64,000 nucleotides of DNA from Patescibacteria group bacterium (lineage in GTDB: Bacteria > Patescibacteriota > Microgenomatia > Daviesbacterales > UBA10151), in assembly GCA_943356485.1 (NCBI GenBank), contig CALRFD010000001.1:137716-201715 (forward strand). The letters are read 5' to 3'. The notes under the pieces are model-generated. The model worked only from the letters and a program-made list of their open reading frames with translations, had not been told where the DNA came from and ran no database searches. Below are positions 41,623-50,650 of the stretch, piece by piece (positions within the stretch are counted from its first letter, which is position 1; each line of letters opens with the position of its first letter). The translations under genes were made by a program, and so were the position numbers.

Positions 41623-41913
41623 ATGCAAAGGATTATTGTTCAGGTTCCTATGACGAGAGAGTTAAAAGATAAAGCAGAGATTATTTCCGCTGACTTAGGA
41701 TTTTCTTCTTTACAAGAAACTATTAGAGTGCTTTTAACCAAGCTTTCCAAAAAAGAGTTTAGTCTAAGAGTAGAAGAAGAGCAGGAACAGCCAAGTCAAT
41801 ATTTACTTTCTGCAATGAAAAAGGCAAGAGCAAACAGAAAGACGGGCAAAGCATCTCCTGTTTTTGATAATGCCAAAGACGCACTTAAATTTTTAGATGA
41901 ACAAGGTATATGA
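41623..41913 (+). CDS. Putative RHH/RelB-like antitoxin.
   Basis: IIVQVPMTRELKDKAEIISADLGFSSLQETIRVLL. Stop overlaps the start of the downstream RelE/ParE gene (ATGA). Confidence 0.5.
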   Translation: MQRIIVQVPMTRELKDKAEIISADLGFSSLQETIRVLLTKLSKKEFSLRVEEEQEQPSQYLLSAMKKARANRKTGKASPVFDNAKDALKFLDEQGI

Positions 41914-42197
41914 AAATTCAGTATGATCCTGATTTTCTCAAAATTCTTAAAAAAGCAGATGTAAGAATCCGTAAGAGTTTAAGAATAAGAATAGAAATAT
42001 TTTTAAAAAATCCCTCTGATCCAAAACTTAATAATCATAGGCTTAAAGATGAATATGCAGGATATCGGAGCATAGATATTACTGCAGATTATCGTGTAAT
42101 TTATGAGGAGATAAATGAAGGCAATGAATCAATTGCCTATTTTTTATTCATTGGTAGGCATGAATTACTTTACGGTCATCTAAAGAAGATTAGTTAG
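41910..42197 (+). CDS. Type II toxin, RelE/ParE superfamily (second copy).
   Basis: FLKNPSDPKLNNHRLKDEYAGYRSIDITADYRVIYEE, paralogous to the 7007..7255 toxin. Confidence 0.7.
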   Translation: MKIQYDPDFLKILKKADVRIRKSLRIRIEIFLKNPSDPKLNNHRLKDEYAGYRSIDITADYRVIYEEINEGNESIAYFLFIGRHELLYGHLKKIS

Positions 42198-42290
42198 GTA
42201 TAAAGTTTGCCATAACTTTTCCTTTTTGGATTCCTTATTGTATATTGGCATAATTATAGATTAATAGTATTATGGTATAAGAATTATACT

Positions 42291-42313
42291 GTTGAAGCTA
42301 AGAAAGCAACTAA
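42291..42313 (+). repeat. 23-bp direct repeat GTTGAAGCTAAGAAAGCAACTAA, right copy.
   Basis: Exact match to 39937-39959. Confidence 0.8.
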
Positions 42314-42355
42314 GGGGAGTTTTTAGTTAGCCAGTGAGCTTAAACACCTTTTTCA

Positions 42356-42952
42356 TCAGTTTGATTGTACCCACCGAAAGTAAGTCTTTTTATCCTGTTG
42401 GTGTTCAATATAACCTTCAGGTTTAAATTGTGCAGTTTCTAGGGTAACAACGCCACTGTAAAGAGTATATTTTGTATTTAATCCCGGATATCCGCCAGAT
42501 TGCCGCATCTCTTCTTTCTTGCTGCCAAGTTGTACTACGTCGTCTGCAATATCTGTAATCCCTAATTCTTCTAAACAAGCCCGCTTGATATTTGCTAAGA
42601 TATTTTCATCTCCTGGTTTTAACTTTTCCGATAAAGATCCGCCTAGATTTCTTTTTCTCTGCCTTCCGTCTGTAAATTCCTGATGATCTTCATAAAGGTG
42701 AAATTCAATACCGCTATGAAGGTCTTGGTACTTAACATCCACAATTACAACTCTAATCTCTCTTAGTAACTGCCCATTTTCCTCTTTAGTAAGTATACTT
42801 TCTCTGTTAAGCAGTTCAGTTGCGAGGTGTCTGATCGTCCTGGCGCTGCCTTTTCCCCATAAAGCTAGATCAATACCCGCAAGAGTTAATTGCTGACGTA
42901 GCGCAAATTCTTTATCAGATAATACTCTTTCAGATACAGATAATTTTTCCAT
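42356..42952 (-). CDS. Hypothetical protein (198 aa).
   Basis: ORF only. Its start overlaps/abuts the upstream ORF 42954..43811. Confidence 0.4.
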   Translation of the reverse strand: MEKLSVSERVLSDKEFALRQQLTLAGIDLALWGKGSARTIRHLATELLNRESILTKEENGQLLREIRVVIVDVKYQDLHSGIEFHLYEDHQEFTDGRQRKRNLGGSLSEKLKPGDENILANIKRACLEELGITDIADDVVQLGSKKEEMRQSGGYPGLNTKYTLYSGVVTLETAQFKPEGYIEHQQDKKTYFRWVQSN

Positions 42953-42953
42953 T

Positions 42954-43811
42954 TTAATCTGATGGGTCTTTTTCCATTAATTTGACCTGCCACAGTTTTG
43001 AATCAGTTTTAGTTTTACTAATAGATAAATAGAATCTTTGACCGGTTTTTGTATATTCAAAAGTAACTATTTGATTATTAATATCGGGTAACTTATCTGA
43101 TAATACCCATTCCTCTGGTTTGTCACTATCTCTTTCAGTCAGGAAAATAGAGATCTTTGGGACTATGTTGCCTTCTGAATCCTTGAAAGTATTAAACCTG
43201 ATGTTGGTAATAGTAGAAGTGTTATCATTGACTTTCCAATTAAGGCCTCTTCCAGCCTCGATTACAAACGGGCTTTGCAGACCGTTTTGTTCTGTATACT
43301 TAAGATTAGGATAGTTTGGTTCGCGAAAAATTCTCCAGCCGGTTGCGGATACAGTCGAGGGCTTTAATCCCAAAGTATGATTTTTCTCAAAATCGATAGC
43401 GGCATTTTTATCTGCCTCTTTTCTTTGCTGCTGACTTACTCTGGAGGCCTCTTCTCTAGCTGCGCTGGCTTCCGGACTGGTATAATCATTTATCCCAAAT
43501 CCGATTGTAGTCCCAAGATAAGCCCCTGCGATAATTGCTGCTAGAACTTTAAGTTTAGCTTTAACGTTTCTTCTGACTATGAGGACTCTGGTTCTTTTTA
43601 ATTCCAGCTCAAACTCTCTTAATCTGGCGAATTGCTCTTGTGTATCCAGAGTGTGTTTTATTGCCTGGTCATAACCTTTTGGATAGCCAGGATCTTGTTT
43701 AATAGCCTGTAATACTCTTCTGGTGGCTTGGATATCTTCTATAGAGACCCTAGCGACAAACGTCTCCTTTTTTTCTAAAAAATTTATTTCTTTTGGTTCT
43801 CTATCAGCCAT
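42954..43811 (-). CDS. Hypothetical single-pass membrane protein (285 aa).
   Basis: Transmembrane helix LKVLAAIIAGAYLGTTIGFGI. The extracytoplasmic C-terminal domain is unassigned. Confidence 0.4.
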   Translation of the reverse strand: MADREPKEINFLEKKETFVARVSIEDIQATRRVLQAIKQDPGYPKGYDQAIKHTLDTQEQFARLREFELELKRTRVLIVRRNVKAKLKVLAAIIAGAYLGTTIGFGINDYTSPEASAAREEASRVSQQQRKEADKNAAIDFEKNHTLGLKPSTVSATGWRIFREPNYPNLKYTEQNGLQSPFVIEAGRGLNWKVNDNTSTITNIRFNTFKDSEGNIVPKISIFLTERDSDKPEEWVLSDKLPDINNQIVTFEYTKTGQRFYLSISKTKTDSKLWQVKLMEKDPSD

Positions 43812-43901
43812 TGGCGTATTATAAGTATGTAATGAGCTAAAGTCAAACTATGGGGTTATCACAATTTGACTTATTAGTCCCATAAGAATATAATCCCCTG
43901 C

Positions 43902-45221
43902 ATGGTTGAAGCAAGTAGGGATTATAAACCAATAGATTTACTCGCTACGTTAGGAGAACCCTTTAAAGGAGAACTTAATGACTCCCCTGATGCATTTCAA
44001 ATGGTTGAGGCTGCGAAATGGACGATGAGGAATGTAGCAAGAAGGGTTGTTGGAAGGGAAAGATTAGCCTCGCAAACTTTACTTGCTCTTTTAACCAGAG
44101 AGCACCAGCTAATTTTTTCAAGAACAGGGACAGCTAAGTCTTTATATGCAGAGACTGTTTTCAGTCAATTTACCGCAGAAACTTTTTCAATACAATTCAC
44201 GACTGGAACTACTGAAGAGGCGGTTGTAGGAGCTTATGATTTAAATAAATTTAGGGAGGGCACTATTTGGCACAATACTGAAAAATCTTTAGTTACTGCT
44301 GATTTTGCATTTTTGGATGAATTCATGGATGCAAATGATATGGTACTGCGGTCAATCTTAGGGATTTTAAATGAAAGAAAATTTTCCAAAGGAAAACAAT
44401 TTGAGCAAGCCAGGCTTCATAGCGCTATAGCTACCACCAATTATGTCAGAAGGTCAGAGATGTCAGAGGCAGTACTTGACAGGTTTCTTTTCCAAGCCAG
44501 GATTAACCCTGAAACAAGTCCGTTGGATCAGCTTTTGATTGATAGGGTTTATTCTCTGCAAAACGGGAGAGTTAGTAAACCTGAAAATCCGGTACCGCTA
44601 GACGTTTTAAAGGAGCTGTCAAAGATGGTTAAGGGTGAGGGGGATACTAATATTAGTGCTTCACACTCTCTACTTTTTTTAAAAAATCAACTAATTAAAA
44701 ATTATATCGATATGTTGTTTGACCAAAGACGTGAGCAAAATCAAAATGCGGAAAAACTTTATATTAGCCCGAGGAAATTGGCAAAAGCCAGGGATGTTTT
44801 AAATGCCTCAGCCATACTGCAAGGCAGGTTTGATGCATCCGTGGAAGATCTACCTGCATTAAGGTTTATTTTAACAACTATTTCAGGGAGCGAAGAGGAT
44901 GGTGATTCGGAGGAGGAAATTTTTTATCAGGCTTTAGATTATACGCTGACTTCTTTTAGCCGGGAAGATCTTAATGATGTTGAAAAAATTATGTTTACCT
45001 ATGAATATTATGAGGCTTATAAAGACGGTAAGTTAGTTGAAGCAGTCAAAGCCAATCTTCCTGGTATATTTAGAATAGTGATGAGCCTTTTCGGTATTGT
45101 ATCCTGGCAGGATGTTAATAAGGAAGTATTTTTGCAAACCCTTCAGGCTATGAAAATTAAGAGTCCTGCAGTAGTGCAACTTAGGGATAACCTGAAAGAT
45201 AAGATTATCAAATATGGCTAA
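43902..45221 (+). CDS. MoxR-family AAA+ ATPase, RavA-like, with a degenerate Walker A.
   Basis: [18 protein letters not shown] aligns to RavA [45 protein letters not shown] aligns to [36 protein letters not shown] aligns to EALYDRMLI. Confidence 0.7.
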   Translation: [439 protein letters not shown]

Positions 45222-46578
45222 AGAGAGAGAAAGTTCAGTCAGAGGAGTAAATGAAAATTTGTCGGATTTTTATAAATCCTGGGGAGCATTTGATATCTTT
45301 GAGAAAACGCTGGATCAGCTACCTCCGGACTGGTTAAAAATCTTAAACATTGCCAGAAATCTACTAGACGGGAAAAGAATTCCTGGAGTCAACCTTCCTT
45401 CAACTGTCATGGCTCTGGTAGAGAAGGATCAGGAAATAGTTTTTGAAAAAAGATATATGACCAGAAAATGGCAGCAAAAATCCATCCTACCAGCCACCAG
45501 CATTGATGTTAAAAATCTGGAAGATTTATCTCAATTGCCTAAAGTATTGCCAGCCCACCTCCTGCTGCAGGGCGAAGCGCCGGAAATCTTTGCTTATCGG
45601 GCTCTGACTCATTCTCTACCAATAGCCGAGATGCAAAAACCAAGAGCAATAACAGAAGAAAAATCAGAAACCTTGATGGAACTTGTACCAAAGGCAAGAG
45701 AAAGAACTTCTATGCGGCAAAGAGTCTATGCTTTAATGGATGTTTCTCTCTCAATGAAATCTAATTACAAATTAATCTTTTCCAAAGCTGTCATGTTGGC
45801 TTATTTGGCAAAAGCCCACGAGGAAGGATCAGAGGTTTATTTCCGAGCTTTTGCCGGCAGTGTCGGGGATCTGGTAGCCTGCATCTCTCCTGAGGATTTT
45901 CCTGCTTTGGCAAAGAGGATCTTAGGATACAGGGTCTATCATGGTACTGATATTAGGTATGCTCTCACAACTGCAGTTGAAGATATTTCTAGGATGGAGA
46001 GATTAACTGACAGTAGAAGAGCTAAAACTGAGGTTTTGCTAATATCAGATGGTGAAAGCTATACCCCTATACCCCTGATGCCTAAAAATATAGCTTTGCA
46101 TACCCTGCATTTAGTCGGAGGAGGCGAGGAGTTTATATTAGATAAAGAGTTAAGGCAAATGAGTAACACTTACACCAGGATAGATACAGGAAATTTAATG
46201 CTGCCAAGTATTTCAGAGGAGGCTTGGTTTATGTTTGAGGAGATTGAGAGGCTGGAAGATCAAACAAAAGGTCTGACAGATTCAGAGATGAAATACGATA
46301 GAAGACTGCAGCAAAGAGTTGAAGCTATAAGAAAGCATACAGAAGCATATAGAAAAATCGATTCCAGCGAGAAAGTTAGGGAAAATGCCGGCAGAGCGCA
46401 AAAACTGCATGATAAAGTTTCCTTAGAAAAAGCAGAGGAAAGATTAAAGAAAAAATTAGAATTAATAAGGTATTTTATAAAAAAACTTATGCAAAAAATT
46501 AAGTCTTTCCGATTGCCTAAATTTGACAGAAAGAAAGTATTAGCCGGGAGTTTATTTGATTTTAGAATAAAGGACTAG
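45214..46578 (+). CDS. von Willebrand factor A (vWA) domain protein, ViaA-like partner of the MoxR ATPase.
   Basis: MIDAS motif in RVYALMDVSLSM (DxSxS), then a Thr and LLISDGES. Overlaps the MoxR gene by 8 nt (coupled). Confidence 0.65.
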   Translation: MAKERESSVRGVNENLSDFYKSWGAFDIFEKTLDQLPPDWLKILNIARNLLDGKRIPGVNLPSTVMALVEKDQEIVFEKRYMTRKWQQKSILPATSIDVKNLEDLSQLPKVLPAHLLLQGEAPEIFAYRALTHSLPIAEMQKPRAITEEKSETLMELVPKARERTSMRQRVYALMDVSLSMKSNYKLIFSKAVMLAYLAKAHEEGSEVYFRAFAGSVGDLVACISPEDFPALAKRILGYRVYHGTDIRYALTTAVEDISRMERLTDSRRAKTEVLLISDGESYTPIPLMPKNIALHTLHLVGGGEEFILDKELRQMSNTYTRIDTGNLMLPSISEEAWFMFEEIERLEDQTKGLTDSEMKYDRRLQQRVEAIRKHTEAYRKIDSSEKVRENAGRAQKLHDKVSLEKAEERLKKKLELIRYFIKKLMQKIKSFRLPKFDRKKVLAGSLFDFRIKD

Positions 46579-47521
46579 GATTACCTATTACCTTAACATT
46601 ATTTGTAGTTTGATTTGCTACTTCTTCCAAAGTTATTCCTTTTAACTCTGCAATCAGCCTTGCAATTTCTAAAACTGCAGATGGTTCGTTTCTCTGCCCC
46701 CGTTTGGATTGGAGAGGTAGGAAGGGGCAATCAGTCTCCAGGCAAATTTTATCCAAAGGCAGAATTTTAACAGCCTCTCTTAAGTATTCATTTTTAGGAT
46801 AGGTTAGAGTTCCTCCAAATGACACTAAAACATTAGACATTTTGAGTATTTGGTGAGTGGTTCTGGTCAAACCACTGTAGCAGTGGAAAATAGCCGGGTA
46901 ATCACCTATTAAATTTAACGTTTCATCCCAGGCTTCGCAGTTTTCTGGATTTTTAGAGCGGTCATCCCGGCAGTGAACTATTAAAGGTAAGTCTAGCTTT
47001 TTAGCCAGATCAATCTGGGCTTGAAAAAGTCTTCTTTGTAGCTCTTTTTCGTGATTGTGAGAAAGTTTACCGGTTCGACTGAGCTCACCGTCGAAGTCCT
47101 GAACTTGTTTCAGGGTGGCAATCTCTGTTTCTCTAAAGTAATAATCCAGCCCGCATTCCCCAACAGCGATAACCTTTTTCGGATTTTCTCTATAAATTTT
47201 TTCCAGTTGAGTAATGTCTTCGTTGACATTTTTGCAACGATCGTCGTATTTTTGTCCAGGTAAGGAATAATTTATAGCCTCATGCGGGTGAATACCGATT
47301 GTTGAATAAACCTTCAATCCTGGAATGTCTGACAGTTTACCGGTTCGACTGAGCTCACCGCCGAAGTCCTGAGCTTGTCGAAGGGCTTTTTTCGATGATT
47401 CAATATCTACCCCAACATTTATAATGGTAGTTACACTGGCATCAAGAGATCGTTTTATAACTTCATCAAAATCCGGTTTAAAACTGTCCCAATATAAATG
47501 GGCATGGGTGTCTATCAGCAT
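46562..47521 (-). CDS. tatD: TatD-family metal-dependent deoxyribonuclease. Carries two in-frame ~48-bp repeat insertions.
   Basis: MLIDTHAHLYW, GIHPHEA, AVGECGLDYY, LIVHCRDD and the C-terminal DCPFLPL. Duplicated inserts encode QDFGGELSRTGKLS and QDFDGELSRTGKLS. Confidence 0.85.
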   Translation of the reverse strand: MLIDTHAHLYWDSFKPDFDEVIKRSLDASVTTIINVGVDIESSKKALRQAQDFGGELSRTGKLSDIPGLKVYSTIGIHPHEAINYSLPGQKYDDRCKNVNEDITQLEKIYRENPKKVIAVGECGLDYYFRETEIATLKQVQDFDGELSRTGKLSHNHEKELQRRLFQAQIDLAKKLDLPLIVHCRDDRSKNPENCEAWDETLNLIGDYPAIFHCYSGLTRTTHQILKMSNVLVSFGGTLTYPKNEYLREAVKILPLDKICLETDCPFLPLQSKRGQRNEPSAVLEIARLIAELKGITLEEVANQTTNNVKVIGNPSPLF

Positions 47522-47612
47522 GCATTAATTATACACTTGTAAGAATAAATACAATTTTCTTGTAATTATCAATACTATATGTTATATACCATGATGCAAT
47601 TTAATTGAGTTA

Positions 47613-48302
47613 ATGACTAATATGAAACTAGCAGAAAGATTGTTAAAAATTTGGCAGCCAGGCGACTTTAAGCAGATTTTTGAAAAATTTTCCAATAAAA
47701 AGGAATTTATGGTCAAAAAGGGCACGGTTTTATTTAATGAAGGGCAGCCACTGGATAGGATCTTTTTCATAAAATCTGGTTTTGTTAAGTTATACCGTCT
47801 TTCAGAAGAAGGTCGGGAATCGATAATTTATCTATATGGTGCAGGACAGATTCTGGGGATAAGGGCGCTTACTTCTGAGGATGAATGTGCCAGGCATTTT
47901 GCAGAAGCAATAACTGATCTTGAAGTAGTAAGCATCACCCGCGGCGAATACCTTGAAGCTGTAGCAGAAAATCCTGAATATTTATTGGATCTTTTGCATG
48001 TTTTTATAGACAGATTAAATTATACAGAGAAAAAATTGACCGGATTTATTTTGACTGATACTGTGGCCAGAGTTGCCTTTTTCCTGTCAGATTGCGCCAC
48101 CCGTTTTGGGATCAGTAAAAAAGACACGGTGGAGTTGCCGATAGAATTAACCCATCAAAGAATAGCGGAGTTTGTGGGTTCTTTTAGGGAAACTGTCACT
48201 TTAGCAGTTCAAAAATTAGAACAGATGGGCATTATTAACATCAAAAAAAGTAAAGTAGCTATCCTGGATTTAAAAAAACTGCACAAGCTCGCCGGATTGT
48301 AA
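47613..48302 (+). CDS. Crp/Fnr-family transcriptional regulator (cNMP-binding + HTH).
   Basis: TVLFNEGQPLDRIFFIKSGFVKLYRLSEEGRE (cNMP fold) and the C-terminal HTH QRIAEFVGSFRETVTLAVQKLEQMGII. Confidence 0.8.
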   Translation: MTNMKLAERLLKIWQPGDFKQIFEKFSNKKEFMVKKGTVLFNEGQPLDRIFFIKSGFVKLYRLSEEGRESIIYLYGAGQILGIRALTSEDECARHFAEAITDLEVVSITRGEYLEAVAENPEYLLDLLHVFIDRLNYTEKKLTGFILTDTVARVAFFLSDCATRFGISKKDTVELPIELTHQRIAEFVGSFRETVTLAVQKLEQMGIINIKKSKVAILDLKKLHKLAGL

Positions 48303-48527
48303 GAAAGACTACTATTAAAAAGTAGTTACTACTACTGAACTAACCCCTTCTTTAAGGTTTAATGGTTTCATGATTACATTTATTTTTGCCAATATTTATC
48401 AAGCGATATCCTTACTTTTACGCCTGTATCCAGGTGAAGATTCCAAGACTTCTTCGACAGAGGAGATTAATCAGTTAAGACAGTACAGGTCTTTTCTAAA
48501 AAAATACGAACAGGAGAATAAAGAATA

Positions 48528-49892
48528 ATGTCAGTAACTGTTGAAACAATCGGATCAGAAGATTTATACAGAATGAGAAAAAGCCATCGGGTAGTAGTAA
48601 CCGGCATGGGTGCTGTTACTCCTTTAGGGCTTAATGTAGAGGATACCTGGCAAAACCTTATTGCCGGAAAATCAGGTATTCAAAGAATCAGTACCAGTGA
48701 TTGGGAAGGCAAAGTGGATGCAAAAAACAGCGAGGTTGATATTGCCGGTTTGGTTATGGGTTTTGATGCTTCAAAGTATATCCCAAGAAAAGAATTAAAC
48801 AGGATGCACAGATCAGCACAATTTTCTATTGTAGCTGGTCGAGAAGCTCTAATACAGGCTGGTTTATTTGATGCTTCAACAAAAATGGAAAAAGGTGCGA
48901 CTCCTCTTACAGGGGTAAGTCCTGAAGCATTTGGCGCGATTTTAGGAACTGGTATTGGAGGAGGTTCTGAAATAGCGGATATAGAAGATGTTATCCGGGA
49001 TAGAGGTGACTCGCGTGTTAGTCCTTTTGCCATGTTACTGCTTTTACCAGAAAGGGTAAGTACTGTTCCGAGTATGTGGCTTAGCTGTCAAGCTGAAGTA
49101 GGAGAGAAGACTGCTGCTTGTGCTTCCGGTGCGCAAGCAATTGCAGATGCATATAGAGTTTTAGAACGGGGAGAAGCAGATGTGATGTTAGCAGGTGGCA
49201 GTGAGGCAGCGGTTCATCGGGTAGCTCTATCCTCTTTTAATAATATGCATGCTTTAAATAATATAAGTAATGATAACCCAAAAGGAGCCAGTAGCCCTTT
49301 TGATCAAAAAGCCGCTGGCTTTGTGATGGGAGAGGGAGCAGGAGTACTTTGCTTAGAAACCTTAGAGCATGCATTAGGTAGAGGGGCAAATATTTTGGCA
49401 GAATTAGTAGGTTATAGTAATACAGCTGATGCTCATCATGACACAGCTCCCTTGCAGGCAGGGGCAGAGAGAGCTATCAGGAATGCCTTAGCTATGGCAG
49501 AGATTGATCCAAGTCAGGTTGACTATATTAATGCTCATGGTACTTCTACTCCTACTAATGATCCAAACGAACTGAAAGCTTTTAGAGCTGTTTTTGAAGA
49601 TAGCCTAGATGATATTTCAATCAGCTCTACTAAATCAGCCACAGGTCATTTACTGGGAGCAGGCGGAGGGATAGAAGCAGTTTTTTCTATCCAGGCTATC
49701 CTGGAAGGGATAGTGCCGCCAACGCTTAATTTACAAAATCCAATTAAAGAAGGTGAGGGATTAAATCTGGTACCTTTAGCCGCACAAAAAAGAGAAGTTA
49801 ATATAGCTATGTCTGATTCGCTTGGATTTGGCGGACTAAATTCAGTCTTAATTTTCAGAAGATTTCAGAAAAGTTATCAAGAGGTAGTCTAA
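48528..49892 (+). CDS. fabF: 3-oxoacyl-ACP synthase II (KAS II).
   Basis: VVVTGMGAVTPLG, active Cys in ACASGAQAIADA, and His residues in INAHGTSTPTND and KSATGHLLGAGG. Confidence 0.9.
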   Translation: MSVTVETIGSEDLYRMRKSHRVVVTGMGAVTPLGLNVEDTWQNLIAGKSGIQRISTSDWEGKVDAKNSEVDIAGLVMGFDASKYIPRKELNRMHRSAQFSIVAGREALIQAGLFDASTKMEKGATPLTGVSPEAFGAILGTGIGGGSEIADIEDVIRDRGDSRVSPFAMLLLLPERVSTVPSMWLSCQAEVGEKTAACASGAQAIADAYRVLERGEADVMLAGGSEAAVHRVALSSFNNMHALNNISNDNPKGASSPFDQKAAGFVMGEGAGVLCLETLEHALGRGANILAELVGYSNTADAHHDTAPLQAGAERAIRNALAMAEIDPSQVDYINAHGTSTPTNDPNELKAFRAVFEDSLDDISISSTKSATGHLLGAGGGIEAVFSIQAILEGIVPPTLNLQNPIKEGEGLNLVPLAAQKREVNIAMSDSLGFGGLNSVLIFRRFQKSYQEVV

Positions 49893-49898
49893 AAAATT

Positions 49899-50648
49899 AT
49901 GCCAACATTGGAATTAGAAGGAAAAGTAGCAATAGTAACAGGTGGAACAAGGAGTATTGGCAGGGCTATAACAGACAAGCTTTTAGAACATGGGGTCAAA
50001 GTTGCCTTTAATTCCCTTAATCCGGATGGTGAAGAGGGGAAACAGTTAGTAGAAGAGCATGGGGAGAATGTGTTGTGGGTTCCGGGAGATATTTCCAGTC
50101 CTGAAACAGGTTCAGATTTGGTTAAGAAAACAATTGATAAGTTTGGCAGGGTTGATATCTTAGTTAATAATGCTGGAATTAACAGGGATACGTTATTAAT
50201 GAGGATGAGTGATGAAAAGTGGGATGAGGTTTTACAAGCTAATCTTTATGGCTCAATGAGGGTGACCAGGGCAGCTCTCCGGCCAATGCTAAGACAAGTT
50301 GAGGGCGGTTCTATTATTTTTATATCATCAGTAGCCGCGCGCGGTAATCCGGGACAAGCAAATTATGCCGCTTCAAAAGGAGGGGTGGAAGCATTTATGA
50401 GGGTTGTGGCTTTGGAGGGAGCAAGCCGTAATGTCAGGGCAAACGCGATAGCTCCTGGTCCGGTAGAAGAAACAGATATGCTGAATAATCTTAAACCGGA
50501 GCAAAGAGAAGCCCTTATAAATATGGTTCCTATGAGAAGAGCCATAAGAAGGGTGGAAGTTGCAAATACTGTTTTGTTTTTAGCCTCTAATCTGTCTTCC
50601 GGGATTACCGGACAGGTTATAAATGTAGATGGGGGGATGATTAGATAA
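49899..50648 (+). CDS. fabG: 3-oxoacyl-ACP reductase (SDR).
   Basis: VAIVTGGTRSIGRAI, NNAGI, YAASKGG (YxxxK) and IAPGPVET. Confidence 0.85.
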   Translation: MPTLELEGKVAIVTGGTRSIGRAITDKLLEHGVKVAFNSLNPDGEEGKQLVEEHGENVLWVPGDISSPETGSDLVKKTIDKFGRVDILVNNAGINRDTLLMRMSDEKWDEVLQANLYGSMRVTRAALRPMLRQVEGGSIIFISSVAARGNPGQANYAASKGGVEAFMRVVALEGASRNVRANAIAPGPVEETDMLNNLKPEQREALINMVPMRRAIRRVEVANTVLFLASNLSSGITGQVINVDGGMIR

Positions 50649-50650
50649 AT

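Noticed and set aside
47071-47090. tRNA-like T-loop (GGTTCGA) in the tatD repeat
   Set aside because: No acceptor stem, anticodon arm or CCA-compatible 3' end could be built around it. It is part of the in-frame palindromic insert.
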